Of a stretch of 32,515 bases of DNA, positions 9,389-19,801 are shown piece after piece. The position numbers and the translations under genes were made by a program. Origin of the DNA: an uncultured archaeon (GTDB lineage Archaea; Asgardarchaeota; Lokiarchaeia; Sigyniarchaeales; SOKP01); NCBI GenBank assembly GCA_964525635.1, contig CAZGJX010000043.1:1-32515 (forward strand), written 5' to 3'. Numbering within the stretch: position 1 is the first letter of the stretch; each line of letters begins with the position of its first letter. Below the pieces are notes generated by a model that made no database searches, was not told where the DNA came from, and worked only from the letters and a program-made list of their open reading frames with translations.

Positions 9389-10213
9389 TTAATCTCTTAT
9401 AAATTCATATAAAGCATTATATTTTTGTGCTTTTTCTTCTAGTATTTCTAATGTTTCAGATAATATATTTTCTGCATCTAAATAATCTTTCGATACTATT
9501 TCTAATCGATAAAATGGAGCAGCGATATAGGAGATTTCTACTTTTCTAGTACTTTTTGGATTTTTTAATTTACTTTTGGCCTCAATTATCGATTCTTTAA
9601 TCAATTCTATTCCATTATTTTGATTAAATTTTAATTTTACTTTCCCTAAAATATTTATAGTTGATATCTCAACATTTTCATCAACTACTTTTAGAAACTT
9701 CTCCTTGGTTTCTTTGGGAATATCTTTTATATTATTTAAAACATCCATTCCATTTTCTTTAAGTTCTTCAACAGTGTCTTGATAATTATCATTAAAAAGT
9801 GCTAAAATTGGAAAACCAATTTTTTCATAAGCCTCATCTAAAGTCATATTATCATATTCATCAGCTAAAAATTGAAGTAAATTTTCATATTTTACAGCGT
9901 ATTTCCATTCTTTCATTTTATTCTTTCTTTGAGCATCATTTGTCCTTCGATAGGATAGATCAACATGACCTTTTTCAATATCTACTCTTATTACCCTTAA
10001 AACAATTCTCTGACCCTCACGGACAAAGTTTCTGATATTTTTTATCCATCGACTTGATATTTCTGATATATGAATCATCCCTCTGGCAAAGGGTTCTGAT
10101 GGTAAACCTTTATAATCTAAAAGTTCTACATAAACATACTGATTTTGGATCTCTATAACTTTTGCTACAACGAATTCTCCTTCTCTCGGAAACAAATTTC
10201 GGGACTTAGGCAT
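9389..10213 (-). CDS. eif2a: Translation initiation factor 2 subunit alpha (aIF2-alpha)
   Basis: S1 domain 'PREGEFVVAKV...GMIHISEISSRWIKNIRNFVREGQ...KGHVDLSYRR'; 'YIAAPFYRL'. Confidence 0.96.
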   Translation of the reverse strand: MPKSRNLFPREGEFVVAKVIEIQNQYVYVELLDYKGLPSEPFARGMIHISEISSRWIKNIRNFVREGQRIVLRVIRVDIEKGHVDLSYRRTNDAQRKNKMKEWKYAVKYENLLQFLADEYDNMTLDEAYEKIGFPILALFNDNYQDTVEELKENGMDVLNNIKDIPKETKEKFLKVVDENVEISTINILGKVKLKFNQNNGIELIKESIIEAKSKLKNPKSTRKVEISYIAAPFYRLEIVSKDYLDAENILSETLEILEEKAQKYNALYEFIRD

Positions 10214-10499
10214 TTTTTCACTTCTCTGAATTTATTTTTTATAAAAAAGTAATTGTTAATTGATTCTTGTTCCTATAAAGAATTCATTGTTTTTTATTTT
10301 TATTATTAGATTAGAACTTAGAATATAAAAAAAAAGATTTATTATTTATTTTATTTTAATTATTCATATTAAATCTTATTTTAGGTACGGTTAGAAGTTT
10401 ATAAAGAGTGATGTATTCTAATAACTCAAAATAAGATAATTTACATTAAAAAGATTTTATTTTAAATTTTTAATTAAGTAATAAGTTAAATATGTTTAA

Positions 10500-11027
10500 A
10501 TGCAATTAATTATGGATTTATGGATATATATTTTAATAAATGGTATTTTTTTTGCTATTATTTTAACTCTTTATTTATTATTTATAATGATTAGGTATAG
10601 TCCACGTATATGGGGATTCAGTGATTATCCTAAAGCAATTACCGAAAAAGTACCATCTCAAACTAAAGAAGAAAAGAAAAAGGCAAAGAGTATTTATATT
10701 TTCTTTTTGCTTATTGGTTTAGGCTTTCCAATCATATCTACAATAGTATTAGAGAATATCCTATATAAGGGAAAAATCGATTTTTTAACTGCTTTTCTTA
10801 ACATCTTTATTATTATTATGTTTGGAAACATCGCTGATTTGATTATTCTGGATATAATGATTGTTGGTACATTAACACCTAAATTTGTTATAATACCGGG
10901 AACTGAAGATATGAAAGATAAGGAATATAGAGATTTTAGGATAACCCATACTATTACCCATATAAAAGGAACAATAATTTTAATTCTTTTGAGTATATTA
11001 ATAGCTATAATTATGTGGATATTTTAA
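10500..11027 (+). CDS. Hypothetical integral membrane protein (about 4 TM)
   Basis: Four hydrophobic stretches; conserved-looking 'PRIWGFSDYP' and 'DLIILD..IV...PKFVIIPGTE'. Confidence 0.75.
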   Translation: MQLIMDLWIYILINGIFFAIILTLYLLFIMIRYSPRIWGFSDYPKAITEKVPSQTKEEKKKAKSIYIFFLLIGLGFPIISTIVLENILYKGKIDFLTAFLNIFIIIMFGNIADLIILDIMIVGTLTPKFVIIPGTEDMKDKEYRDFRITHTITHIKGTIILILLSILIAIIMWIF

Positions 11028-11072
11028 GAAAAAAAGAAAAAAAAAAAGAGTATGATTAAGAGTTTAAATAAT

Positions 11073-13010
11073 TTAAATTAAAGTTAATCCATTATTGATA
11101 GAAAGAATATGCCAATCGTTTTCGTGGGACCCTAGATCTTTCATTGGTGTATTATAATGATCTTGTTCCATCATACCATATGTTAAATACCATAATTCAT
11201 ACATAGATACGATATCATTCTGATTTCCATATATGATACAATTATAAAAATCAGTATAATGATCTGCAGGAAATCCCATTTTATCTGGAAATTGTGGAGG
11301 TTCCATTTGCTGATATGTTAAACCATCTGATATATAATCATTCCAAGGTGCTTCAGTAGGATAACTGGATTCATCATCCCCACTAGAAGTGAAAACTATT
11401 CTATTAGGATCACAGATACTATCATATTCAAGCGTATTATTATTATCAATAATGAAAGAACCTGAATTACAAGCTTGCACAAACACATACATATTATTAT
11501 AATTGATCATAGATAATAATTCATTAAAATATGTAGAAGTCAAAAGATTGTTAGAGTTTTCACCACATTCTAATATATCAACATTTCCATGACTAGACCA
11601 CCATATAATGATTTCATCATATTCATGTTCTTGAGAATTCTTAGAAATTTGTCTAATTGTCCATTTAAGATTTTGCATAGTAGTTTCATTATCTTTTTTA
11701 ATATCTGAGAAAGTTTTAATCAGTAGGAAGATCTCATCATCAGAATAAAAATAAAATTCATTAAGTACATTATAAAAGTCAATAGCATCTTCTTTAAATA
11801 TATGATCATATAAACCATCAACTCCCAATTCATCACTTCCAGCCACTAATAAAGCACATTTTCTATATCGATCAAAATCTAATCTTCCAATTTCTAAATA
11901 ATTTAGTATAAATCTATTGTTATCATTTGAATCATCCCAATCAACAATTTGAATCTCAATATGATGTTGATTCTGATTTTGATACCGTAATTTTAGTTTC
12001 TCTACTTCAAGAGTATGTTCCCAAACATTAACATTGTCTATAAGATATATATCTGTTGTAAAAATTAACTCTCCATCAACTCTAACATTAATTGTTATTA
12101 CTATTGGACTATTAATCGTCTGAGATATACTATATTTTATTTGGGGTAAGATATTGCTAAATTTTTTTTCAGTCTGAATGGTAAATCTTAAACTTGAATC
12201 ATCCCTTATAGGAAAAGCTTTATTAATAGAATCATTCAATGTTTTAAAATACCATCCATCAGGTTCACACGAATATTCAACGATATTAGAACAATAAAGT
12301 CTTCCATTTGAAATTTTTCCAATGATTTGAAGATTGTGTTCTCCTCCATCATAGATAGGAAATAATTGATTTTCAGGTATATCCTTCTTAATCCCATCAT
12401 AAATACACCAAAATTCATTAAATGATATTTCTTCATCAGGTGTAATAGATATGTAATATCCATCATTAGTATCTGGTTCAGATATTATTCCTGTCTCAAC
12501 ATTCATAGCAGGAATTTCCAATAAAATTTTTTGTATTGGATTGTATACACTCACAGAATTACTTTGTTCAGTTGCAACATGCCATAGTCCACTTTCTGAA
12601 ACTGAATGACCAGACCATCTATCACCTACCCATTTATGTCTTTCAGTACAATATTCTCTTACTTCAAAAAGATAGACACCTGATTCACTCAAAGGAATGG
12701 TCTTACTTAAAGTACCTGAATTATAATGTGAAACAGTGGTATATTTTATAAAGTCTCCATTATATTTTTTCATCCATATTTCTGATATATATCCTCCATA
12801 GCTCCATTCTCCATCATAAGGTTTAGCCAAAACAGTCCATTGGATCACTATGTTTTCTTCTGTGAAGATTGCATCAGGATTTGCAGTAACATTTAATTCT
12901 CCATCCACAGCAGAAGTAGGACTAGTAAAATTAATTATGCAAAGAGTATTTATTACAAATATCCCTAAGAATAATTTAACTAAAAAATCTTTATTTTTTA
13001 TTTTTCGCAT
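11073..13010 (-). CDS. Secreted clan CD cysteine peptidase (caspase/legumain C13-like) with N-terminal beta-rich domains
   Basis: Signal peptide; 'KCALLVAG', 'IIIWWSSHG' (catalytic His-Gly), 'VFVQACNSGSF' (catalytic Cys), 'RIVFTSSGDDESSY'. Confidence 0.8.
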   Translation of the reverse strand: MRKIKNKDFLVKLFLGIFVINTLCIINFTSPTSAVDGELNVTANPDAIFTEENIVIQWTVLAKPYDGEWSYGGYISEIWMKKYNGDFIKYTTVSHYNSGTLSKTIPLSESGVYLFEVREYCTERHKWVGDRWSGHSVSESGLWHVATEQSNSVSVYNPIQKILLEIPAMNVETGIISEPDTNDGYYISITPDEEISFNEFWCIYDGIKKDIPENQLFPIYDGGEHNLQIIGKISNGRLYCSNIVEYSCEPDGWYFKTLNDSINKAFPIRDDSSLRFTIQTEKKFSNILPQIKYSISQTINSPIVITINVRVDGELIFTTDIYLIDNVNVWEHTLEVEKLKLRYQNQNQHHIEIQIVDWDDSNDNNRFILNYLEIGRLDFDRYRKCALLVAGSDELGVDGLYDHIFKEDAIDFYNVLNEFYFYSDDEIFLLIKTFSDIKKDNETTMQNLKWTIRQISKNSQEHEYDEIIIWWSSHGNVDILECGENSNNLLTSTYFNELLSMINYNNMYVFVQACNSGSFIIDNNNTLEYDSICDPNRIVFTSSGDDESSYPTEAPWNDYISDGLTYQQMEPPQFPDKMGFPADHYTDFYNCIIYGNQNDIVSMYELWYLTYGMMEQDHYNTPMKDLGSHENDWHILSINNGLTLI

Positions 13011-13210
13011 TTTTCATCATTTTTGTTATTTAATTACCCTTTCAAGGGTTTAAGATTGAAAGTGCTAAATTTATTTATAATATTTGAGGCACCCTTTTTG
13101 AACTTAAAAAAAAATAAATTTCATATAATCTCAATAAAGCTGTAATTCCCTAAATCTATCAAATAAGTAAAAAATGAATTCGATTACAAATATCAGAGTT
13201 AATTATCTAT

Positions 13211-15472
13211 CTATTCTCTAATCAAAAATAGGTTTAAATTATGACCTACTTTTTGCGTTTTTATTAAATTATTATTTTTCAATTTATAGATGTGATAATT
13301 TAATGTTGTCTTTTTTAATTCTAACTTATTTGCAATTGTAGAAGGGATAATCCCTGGATTCTTCTCTATCAAATATAATATTTGTATTCTTAACTTTGAT
13401 TTGATTAAAACTTTATTGTATTTATCTAAATCCATGTTTTCAATACGCGAAAAATATGATTTATATTGCCCTATTGATTTTTTCTTAATAATTTTAAATT
13501 CTTCTAGTACCTTTAAATGCCATCTTAATTGTCCTGATTGTAAATAACATTCTCTTAGTAATTCTTTAAAATGAATACCAGGATTTGATAAGATTACCCG
13601 AATTATTTTTTGACGATTTTTATTTTCAAAAATCTTATCAAAGTCAAGTTTTCTATGGACTATTAATTCTTTATTTCTTGTTCTTAGATATGATTTATAT
13701 TCCTGTAAAGATATAACCAAAGATATTGAAATTAATAATAAAATTATAAGAGCTAAGATAAGTAAAAAATAAGGTATAAGGAAAACAAATGGATTATCTG
13801 CTATTTCATCAATTCCCCTTCTTACATTATTATCAATTTGATAAACTTGAAGGGAGATAAGTGAAACCGTTAAAGAAATATTGCAGAAATCTATTAAGAT
13901 TTTCTTACTTAGTTTTTGTTTTCTTTTTTTTGTATTACTTTCTAAAAATAGAAGTAATGCTATACAACTTAAAATAAAAATACTAATTACAATAATAATA
14001 AAAGGATTTATTAATGGATTTGAAGTTGGATCCGGTAAAAATGAATATGATATTTGTATTGACATAATTTCTTGATCAAAACCCCAGCTTCCGAATGTAG
14101 AATCTTCCCAAATCACATAAATATTTTCAGATGAATCTGCAACAATAGAGGGATTTGTACTGTCTAAATTATTCCATCCCGTTTCATCATCTGAGATTAT
14201 AGTGACATTAGACCACCCTACTCCTTCTGTAAAATTCACACACATAATCTCAGCATCAGTACCCCAAACCCCATCTGTACCATCACTCCATACCACATGT
14301 AGACTTCCAGAAGCATTCAATGTAATATCAGGAACTATACTAGTACCATCATTCCAATAATAATTGTTATATCCATCTGAAATAACAGTTGCATTAGACC
14401 ATCCAACTCCTTGTGTATAGTTTACATACATGATCTCTGTATCAAGGACACCCCCTCCCCAAACACCCTCAGTATCATCACTCCATACCACATAAATATT
14501 TTGAGATCTATTAGCTATAATGGAGGGATACATACTTCCTCCATCATTCCAATAATAATTGTTATATCCATCTGAGATAATTGTTGCATTAGACCATCCA
14601 ACCCCTTGTGTATAGTTTACATACATAATCTCCGGATCAAGAGTGCCCCCTCCCCAAACACCCGTTGTAGAATCAACCCATACCACATTAACAGTTCCAG
14701 AAGAATCTACAGTAATTGAAGGTTCTTGACTTAAACCATCATTCCAATAAAAATTATTATATCCATCTGAGATAATAGTTGCACTAGACCATCCAACTCC
14801 TTGTGTATAGTTTACATACATGATCTCCGCATCAGTACCCCAAATCCCATTTGTGTTATCCATCCATACCACATGAATATTTCCAGAATTATCAACAGCA
14901 ATAGAAGGCTGAACACTATTATCATCATTCCAAAGAGTAATATCATCTGAAATAACAGTTGCATTAGACCATCCAACTCCTTGTGTATAGTTTACATACA
15001 TGATCTCCGCATCAGTACCCCAAATTCCAACAGTACTATCATCCCAAACGACATGGATATTCCCTAAATTATCTACGGCAATAGAAGGGGCCTCGCTGAA
15101 ATTATTATTCCAATAATAATCATTATATCCATCAGAGATCACTGTAGCATTAGACCAACCTATTCCTTCCATATAAAAAGCATACATAATTTCAGTATCA
15201 GGAATTCCTCCACCCCATAAACCGTTGGATTCATCAACCCATACTGCATATATATTTCCATCATCATCTATAACCATAGAGGAATCCCGACTATTAGCAT
15301 TATTCCAATAACTATTATTATATCCATCTGAAATTGGATTTACCTGGGAAAAATCAATAGTATTCGGTCTCAGTCTTTCTTGTTGATTGGAGTCTTCTAA
15401 GGGAAGAAAAAATAAGTTAAATAAACATATAATTCCTATAATACCAATATATTTAATATCAAATTTTTTCAT
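13211..15472 (-). CDS. Membrane-tethered transcriptional regulator: 7-repeat extracellular beta-propeller, about 3 TM helices, tandem winged-HTH (COG3398-like)
   Basis: Signal peptide; 7 repeats 'PSIxVDxxGNIHVVW'; hydrophobic helices; 'NRQKIIRVILSNPGIHFKELL...QLRWHLKVLE' and 'ILYLIEKNPGI...TLNYHIYKL'. Confidence 0.85.
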   Translation of the reverse strand: MKKFDIKYIGIIGIICLFNLFFLPLEDSNQQERLRPNTIDFSQVNPISDGYNNSYWNNANSRDSSMVIDDDGNIYAVWVDESNGLWGGGIPDTEIMYAFYMEGIGWSNATVISDGYNDYYWNNNFSEAPSIAVDNLGNIHVVWDDSTVGIWGTDAEIMYVNYTQGVGWSNATVISDDITLWNDDNSVQPSIAVDNSGNIHVVWMDNTNGIWGTDAEIMYVNYTQGVGWSSATIISDGYNNFYWNDGLSQEPSITVDSSGTVNVVWVDSTTGVWGGGTLDPEIMYVNYTQGVGWSNATIISDGYNNYYWNDGGSMYPSIIANRSQNIYVVWSDDTEGVWGGGVLDTEIMYVNYTQGVGWSNATVISDGYNNYYWNDGTSIVPDITLNASGSLHVVWSDGTDGVWGTDAEIMCVNFTEGVGWSNVTIISDDETGWNNLDSTNPSIVADSSENIYVIWEDSTFGSWGFDQEIMSIQISYSFLPDPTSNPLINPFIIIVISIFILSCIALLLFLESNTKKRKQKLSKKILIDFCNISLTVSLISLQVYQIDNNVRRGIDEIADNPFVFLIPYFLLILALIILLLISISLVISLQEYKSYLRTRNKELIVHRKLDFDKIFENKNRQKIIRVILSNPGIHFKELLRECYLQSGQLRWHLKVLEEFKIIKKKSIGQYKSYFSRIENMDLDKYNKVLIKSKLRIQILYLIEKNPGIIPSTIANKLELKKTTLNYHIYKLKNNNLIKTQKVGHNLNLFLIRE
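14050..15340 (-). repeat. Intragenic tandem repeats, period 180-195 bp (propeller blades)
   Basis: 'gcattagacc'-type anchor recurs at 14205, 14391, 14586, 14781, 14961 and 15147; copies at 14781 and 14961 are nearly identical over about 65 nt. Confidence 0.9.
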
Positions 15473-15834
15473 TTTAGAATCCTCAATTATAAAGCAATAT
15501 TGCTATTAATATCTGCATTTTTATTTTAGATTTATGAAATTCTTAAATCTGTATTTTTTTTTTTTATATTTTATTTTTAATGGGTTTTTTTATTTTTCTT
15601 TATAAATCTTATAATAAAGTAAGATCCTTTTTTCTAATATTCTTCATTTTTGATTAAAATTGGATTATTGATTTATATAATGCTTTTATTATATTTAAAT
15701 TCAATTATAAACCAAAATTTTCAAAAAAATATTGAAATCTATTTTTATTTTTTAAATCAGTATTTTTACACTCTCAATCTTCTTATATTATTTTTTTCCT
15801 AACTTCTTATATTCATTATTAAAATATCAAAGAT

Positions 15835-16131
15835 GTGATGATAAAAATGGAAGCTATTCAAAAAATGGCTAAATCTAATTGTATATATAAAAAATTAAGA
15901 GTTTTAAATCAAATAGAATCAAGATATCTATGCTCAATTTGTAATCATCCCTTATTCTTAGCTAGACTTGAGATTTGGGAAGAAAATTCTTTAAAAGAAG
16001 TGGATTATAATAATTACTTCTGTGAAAAATGTGGATTATTTGAATATGAACCAGAATATGATGCTAAAATATACTTCAACAAAAAAATTCATAATAAAAT
16101 ATATAGAGAACAATTAAAATCTTTTTATTGA
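15835..16131 (+). CDS. Small Zn-ribbon protein
   Basis: CSIC...CEKC pair; followed by a T-tract; true start could be 15838, 15847 or later. Confidence 0.6.
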   Translation: MMIKMEAIQKMAKSNCIYKKLRVLNQIESRYLCSICNHPLFLARLEIWEENSLKEVDYNNYFCEKCGLFEYEPEYDAKIYFNKKIHNKIYREQLKSFY

Positions 16132-16203
16132 ATTCTAACTTACTTTTTTTTTTTCAAAAATAGCAAGCAAAACAGGATCTTATACTTAAAAAAAAAAGAT
16201 AAT

Positions 16204-17754
16204 TTATTTATTTGGTCGTGTGAGTTTTCGATGAATTAAAAATATTAGAGAAATTACACCAATTCCAAAATAAAGAAAAAATAAAGGACCTAATGAAATT
16301 CCAGAATTATTAATTGAAAAAATTAATATCCCCTTTTCTTTCCATTGGATTTCACCTGATCCACTAACTCGCTGTGCATATATTCCAAGATTTCCAGTTA
16401 TATCCTCCCAGGTTATGATTGCTCCTCCATTACCATCGCTACATAGTTGGGGATCTACTTGTCTTTCATTTGCGGTACAAATTTCTGTTCCATTTGACAT
16501 CCATTGAACATCACCTAAACTATTTATTCGCTGTGCATAAATATCAGTTGGTTTATTTCTTAAATCCATCCAAGTAATAATTACCCCTCCATTTCCATCA
16601 CTACATAGTTGTGGACCTATTTGAAGACCATTTGCGGTACAAATTTCTGTTCCATTTGACATCCATTGAACATCACCTGAATGATTGACCCGTTGTGCAT
16701 AAATATTATATTCAAGAATTTCTCCATTTCTATTATCTGACCAAGTAATTATTACACCTCCATCACCATCACTGCATACTTGTATGTCTGAGAGGGAATA
16801 ATATAAGGTACCAACTTCTATTCCATTTAACATCCATTGTATATCACCTGAACTATTAATCCGTTGCGTATATATAGCTTTTAGCCCATTTCTTGCATCT
16901 TCCCAAGTTATGATTGCTCCTCCATTATCATCACTACAAATCCGTGGTGTATATTGGTAATTTGAAGCATTACATATTTCTAATCCATTTGATATCCATT
17001 GTATATCACCAGAACTATTAATCCGTTGTGCATATATATCTCCTTCCCCACTTCTTTTATCTTGCCAAGTAATGATTACCCCCCCATTACCATCACTACA
17101 AAGTTGGGGAGCTGCTTGAGTTCCATTTGCGATACATATTTCTATCCCATTTGGAATCCATTGAATATCACCTAAACTATTAATCCGGTGTACATATATA
17201 TCTCCTTCCCCACTTCTTTCATCTTGCCAAGTAATGATTACCCCCCCATTACCATCGCTACAAATTTGTAGGTTCTCTTGATCATTAATTATTTTACAGA
17301 CATCTATACCTTTTATTTCCCAGTCAACATCTCCTAATGAATTAATAGCCTGTGTGAAAATATCATGCCCCATATTTGAATCTCTATAACTATCCCATGC
17401 AATAATTGCTCCTCCTACACCATCACTACAAATTTTTGGCATATTACTTCCATCTATTGTATTTATATACACACCATTTTCTTTCCATTTGATATATCCT
17501 GAAGAATCTATTTTTTGAGTATAAATTTTATTGGCATTATAATTCCAAGTTATAATCGCTCCACTAACACCATCCCTACAAATTTGAGGATAACTAAGAT
17601 ATTTATCAGAAGATTTAATTTCAGAACTATAAGAATTTTGATTATTACTATAATTCATAAGTTTATAATTGAAATCAATATTGAGGTCTAAAAAGAATAG
17701 GATTATAAACAATGCCCAATTCCCATATTTTCGAGAAAATCTAGTCTTTATCAT
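16204..17754 (-). CDS. Cell-surface 8-repeat beta-propeller-like protein with C-terminal membrane anchor
   Basis: N-terminal hydrophobic segment; 8 repeats '[IL]CSDGNGG[AV]IITWxD..DIYAQRINSxGDIQW'; C-terminal TM plus basic tail 'GISLGPLFFLYFGIGVISLIFLIHRK'. Confidence 0.85.
   Translation of the reverse strand: MIKTRFSRKYGNWALFIILFFLDLNIDFNYKLMNYSNNQNSYSSEIKSSDKYLSYPQICRDGVSGAIITWNYNANKIYTQKIDSSGYIKWKENGVYINTIDGSNMPKICSDGVGGAIIAWDSYRDSNMGHDIFTQAINSLGDVDWEIKGIDVCKIINDQENLQICSDGNGGVIITWQDERSGEGDIYVHRINSLGDIQWIPNGIEICIANGTQAAPQLCSDGNGGVIITWQDKRSGEGDIYAQRINSSGDIQWISNGLEICNASNYQYTPRICSDDNGGAIITWEDARNGLKAIYTQRINSSGDIQWMLNGIEVGTLYYSLSDIQVCSDGDGGVIITWSDNRNGEILEYNIYAQRVNHSGDVQWMSNGTEICTANGLQIGPQLCSDGNGGVIITWMDLRNKPTDIYAQRINSLGDVQWMSNGTEICTANERQVDPQLCSDGNGGAIITWEDITGNLGIYAQRVSGSGEIQWKEKGILIFSINNSGISLGPLFFLYFGIGVISLIFLIHRKLTRPNK
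16330..17590 (-). repeat. Intragenic tandem repeats, period about 162 bp
   Basis: 50-nt identical blocks at 16467-16516 and 16629-16678; near-identical blocks starting about 17032 and 17194. Confidence 0.9.
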
Positions 17755-18392
17755 ATACTCTTCTAAATTTAATTTTATTATGAATTAATAGATTTATATG
17801 TCATTCCATATTTAAAGGGATCTGGTAAATTTTTTAAGTATTTTCAGGTTAAATCAACATCAAAAAGGAAAGGACAAATATAGGATATAGATATATTAGA
17901 TATATAAAAGAAGATTTTTTATATGAATTATGGTGGTGTTTCTTTAAAATTAATGTTAATTTAGAAAAGATTACTGGCAATTACTTCAAGAAAGAAAAAA
18001 TATTCATATACCATGAATACTCCCAAATAAAAAAGAATTCAATTTTTACATAAAAGAAAGTGTATACTCTATAAAATAGTCAAAATATAAGAACTTAAGA
18101 TTGAATCTCCCCAATATTTAAAAAATAATAATTCATATAAGTTTAGAAATCTTAAAGTAATTTTTCATTTATTTGTATAGGGTTAAAAGTGATTAATTCT
18201 AAGATTCAATACTACTGACTTAATTATATTGAGGGAACGTTTTCCCAAATACCAAAAAGAATTTAAAGTCCATATCATTTTTATAAAATATCACATATAT
18301 GATTCTTACAATCAAAATAAACTAAAAATTGTCTATAAGATTGAACAGAATCAGATATAAATATAAAATATGAAAATATAATTGATGAAAAT

Positions 18393-19694
18393 ATGCCGAA
18401 AGAAAAACCACATCTTAATTTAGTCATTATCGGGCACATAGATCATGGAAAATCTACAATGATGGGTGCCCTACTCATCAAAACTGGCGCAGTAACCGAT
18501 CGTGAAGCTCGGGAACTTGAAAAAATCGCTAAAGAATATGATAGAGATTCATGGTCTTATGCTTATGTATTTGACAAACTTAAAGAAGAAAGACAAAGAG
18601 GTATTACAATCGATTTAGCATTCAGAAAATTCGAAACTCCAACCAAATACTTCACTGTAATTGACGCTCCAGGACATCAAGACTTCGTGAAAAATATGAT
18701 TACAGGAGCTAGCCAAGCTGATGCTGCTGTATTAGTTGTCTCTGGTAAAAAAGGTGAAATGGAAGTTGGTATAGCCGCAAATGGTCAAACAAGAGAACAT
18801 GCATATCTTGCTCAAACTCTTGGTATTAAACAACTAGTTGTAGCTGTTAATAAAGCTGACAATTGGGAATATAAAAAAGAAAGATACGATGAAGTCGTCT
18901 CAGCAACCTCAGCTTTACTTAAACAAATTGGATTCCCTGTTAAAAAGATTAACTTCGTCCCTGTAAGCGGGCTTAAAGGTGAAAATCTCACTGAAAAATG
19001 TGATAAATTAGATTGGTATGATGGCCCCACTCTCCTCGAGGCTCTCGATCAATTTGAAATACCTGAGAAACCAACTGATAAACCATTACGATTACCAATT
19101 CAAGATGCTTATAGAATTAAAGGTACTGGCGTAGTCCCTGTCGGTAGAGTCGAAACTGGGGTAATGAAAAAAGGTGATAGCATCATTATTCAACCAACTG
19201 GTTTCAAAGGCGAAGTTCGAAGCATGGAAATGCATCATGAAGAAATCCCACAAGCTGAACCAGGAGATAACATCGGTTTTAGCATCAGAGGTCTAACCAT
19301 AGAAGATGTAAGCAGAGGAGACTGCCTCGGCCATCCTAACAACCCTCCTACTGTTATCACTCCAAAAGGAGATTGGACCGGACAAATTATTGTAATATGG
19401 CATCCAACAGCAGTCGCTCAAGGTTATACCCCTGTTGTACACGCTCATACCGCTCAAGTCGCTTCTAAGTTCATCGAACTATCCAAAAAACTCGACCAAA
19501 AAACTGGCGCTATTATCGAAGATGCTCCTAAATTTCTAAAGAAAAATGAAGCAGCAATCGTAAAACTCCAACCAATTAAGAAGCTCTGCCTTGAGAAGTA
19601 TGAAGATATCCCAGAGATGGGGCGCTTCGCTGTAAGAGATATGGGGCGCACAGTAGCCGTTGGCATTGTTAAGGATATCAATACAGGCGAGTAA
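18393..19694 (+). CDS. tuf: Translation elongation factor 1-alpha (aEF1A)
   Basis: 'GHIDHGKST', 'ERQRGITID', 'DAPGHQDFVKNMITGASQAD', 'NKAD', 'GRFAVRDMGRTVAVG'; visibly more C-ending codons than its neighbours, as expected for a highly expressed gene. Confidence 0.98.
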   Translation: MPKEKPHLNLVIIGHIDHGKSTMMGALLIKTGAVTDREARELEKIAKEYDRDSWSYAYVFDKLKEERQRGITIDLAFRKFETPTKYFTVIDAPGHQDFVKNMITGASQADAAVLVVSGKKGEMEVGIAANGQTREHAYLAQTLGIKQLVVAVNKADNWEYKKERYDEVVSATSALLKQIGFPVKKINFVPVSGLKGENLTEKCDKLDWYDGPTLLEALDQFEIPEKPTDKPLRLPIQDAYRIKGTGVVPVGRVETGVMKKGDSIIIQPTGFKGEVRSMEMHHEEIPQAEPGDNIGFSIRGLTIEDVSRGDCLGHPNNPPTVITPKGDWTGQIIVIWHPTAVAQGYTPVVHAHTAQVASKFIELSKKLDQKTGAIIEDAPKFLKKNEAAIVKLQPIKKLCLEKYEDIPEMGRFAVRDMGRTVAVGIVKDINTGE

Positions 19695-19748
19695 ATCAAA
19701 CAGCTTAAAGACCATCCTTTTTTAGCTCATTTAATTGAGATTAAAATA

Positions 19749-19801
19749 TTTTTTTTGTTTCCTTTTTTTTATTGTTTTTGTTTTTTCTATATTTTTTTCT
19801 T
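19749..19801 (+). terminator. Probable oligo-T archaeal terminator region after tuf
   Basis: Several consecutive T5-T8 tracts 55-105 nt after the stop codon. Confidence 0.5.

Noticed and set aside
9799-14075. Short ORFs 9799-10035, 12236-12466, 12536-12751, 12850-13053 and 13881-14075
   Set aside because: Nested in or antisense to well-supported genes, with no motifs
14050-17590. Direct repeats as a CRISPR array
   Set aside because: Periods are 162-195 bp, in frame and protein-coding; no unique spacers and no cas genes
18812-19699. Minus-strand ORFs inside tuf
   Set aside because: Antisense shadows caused by the codon bias of a highly expressed gene
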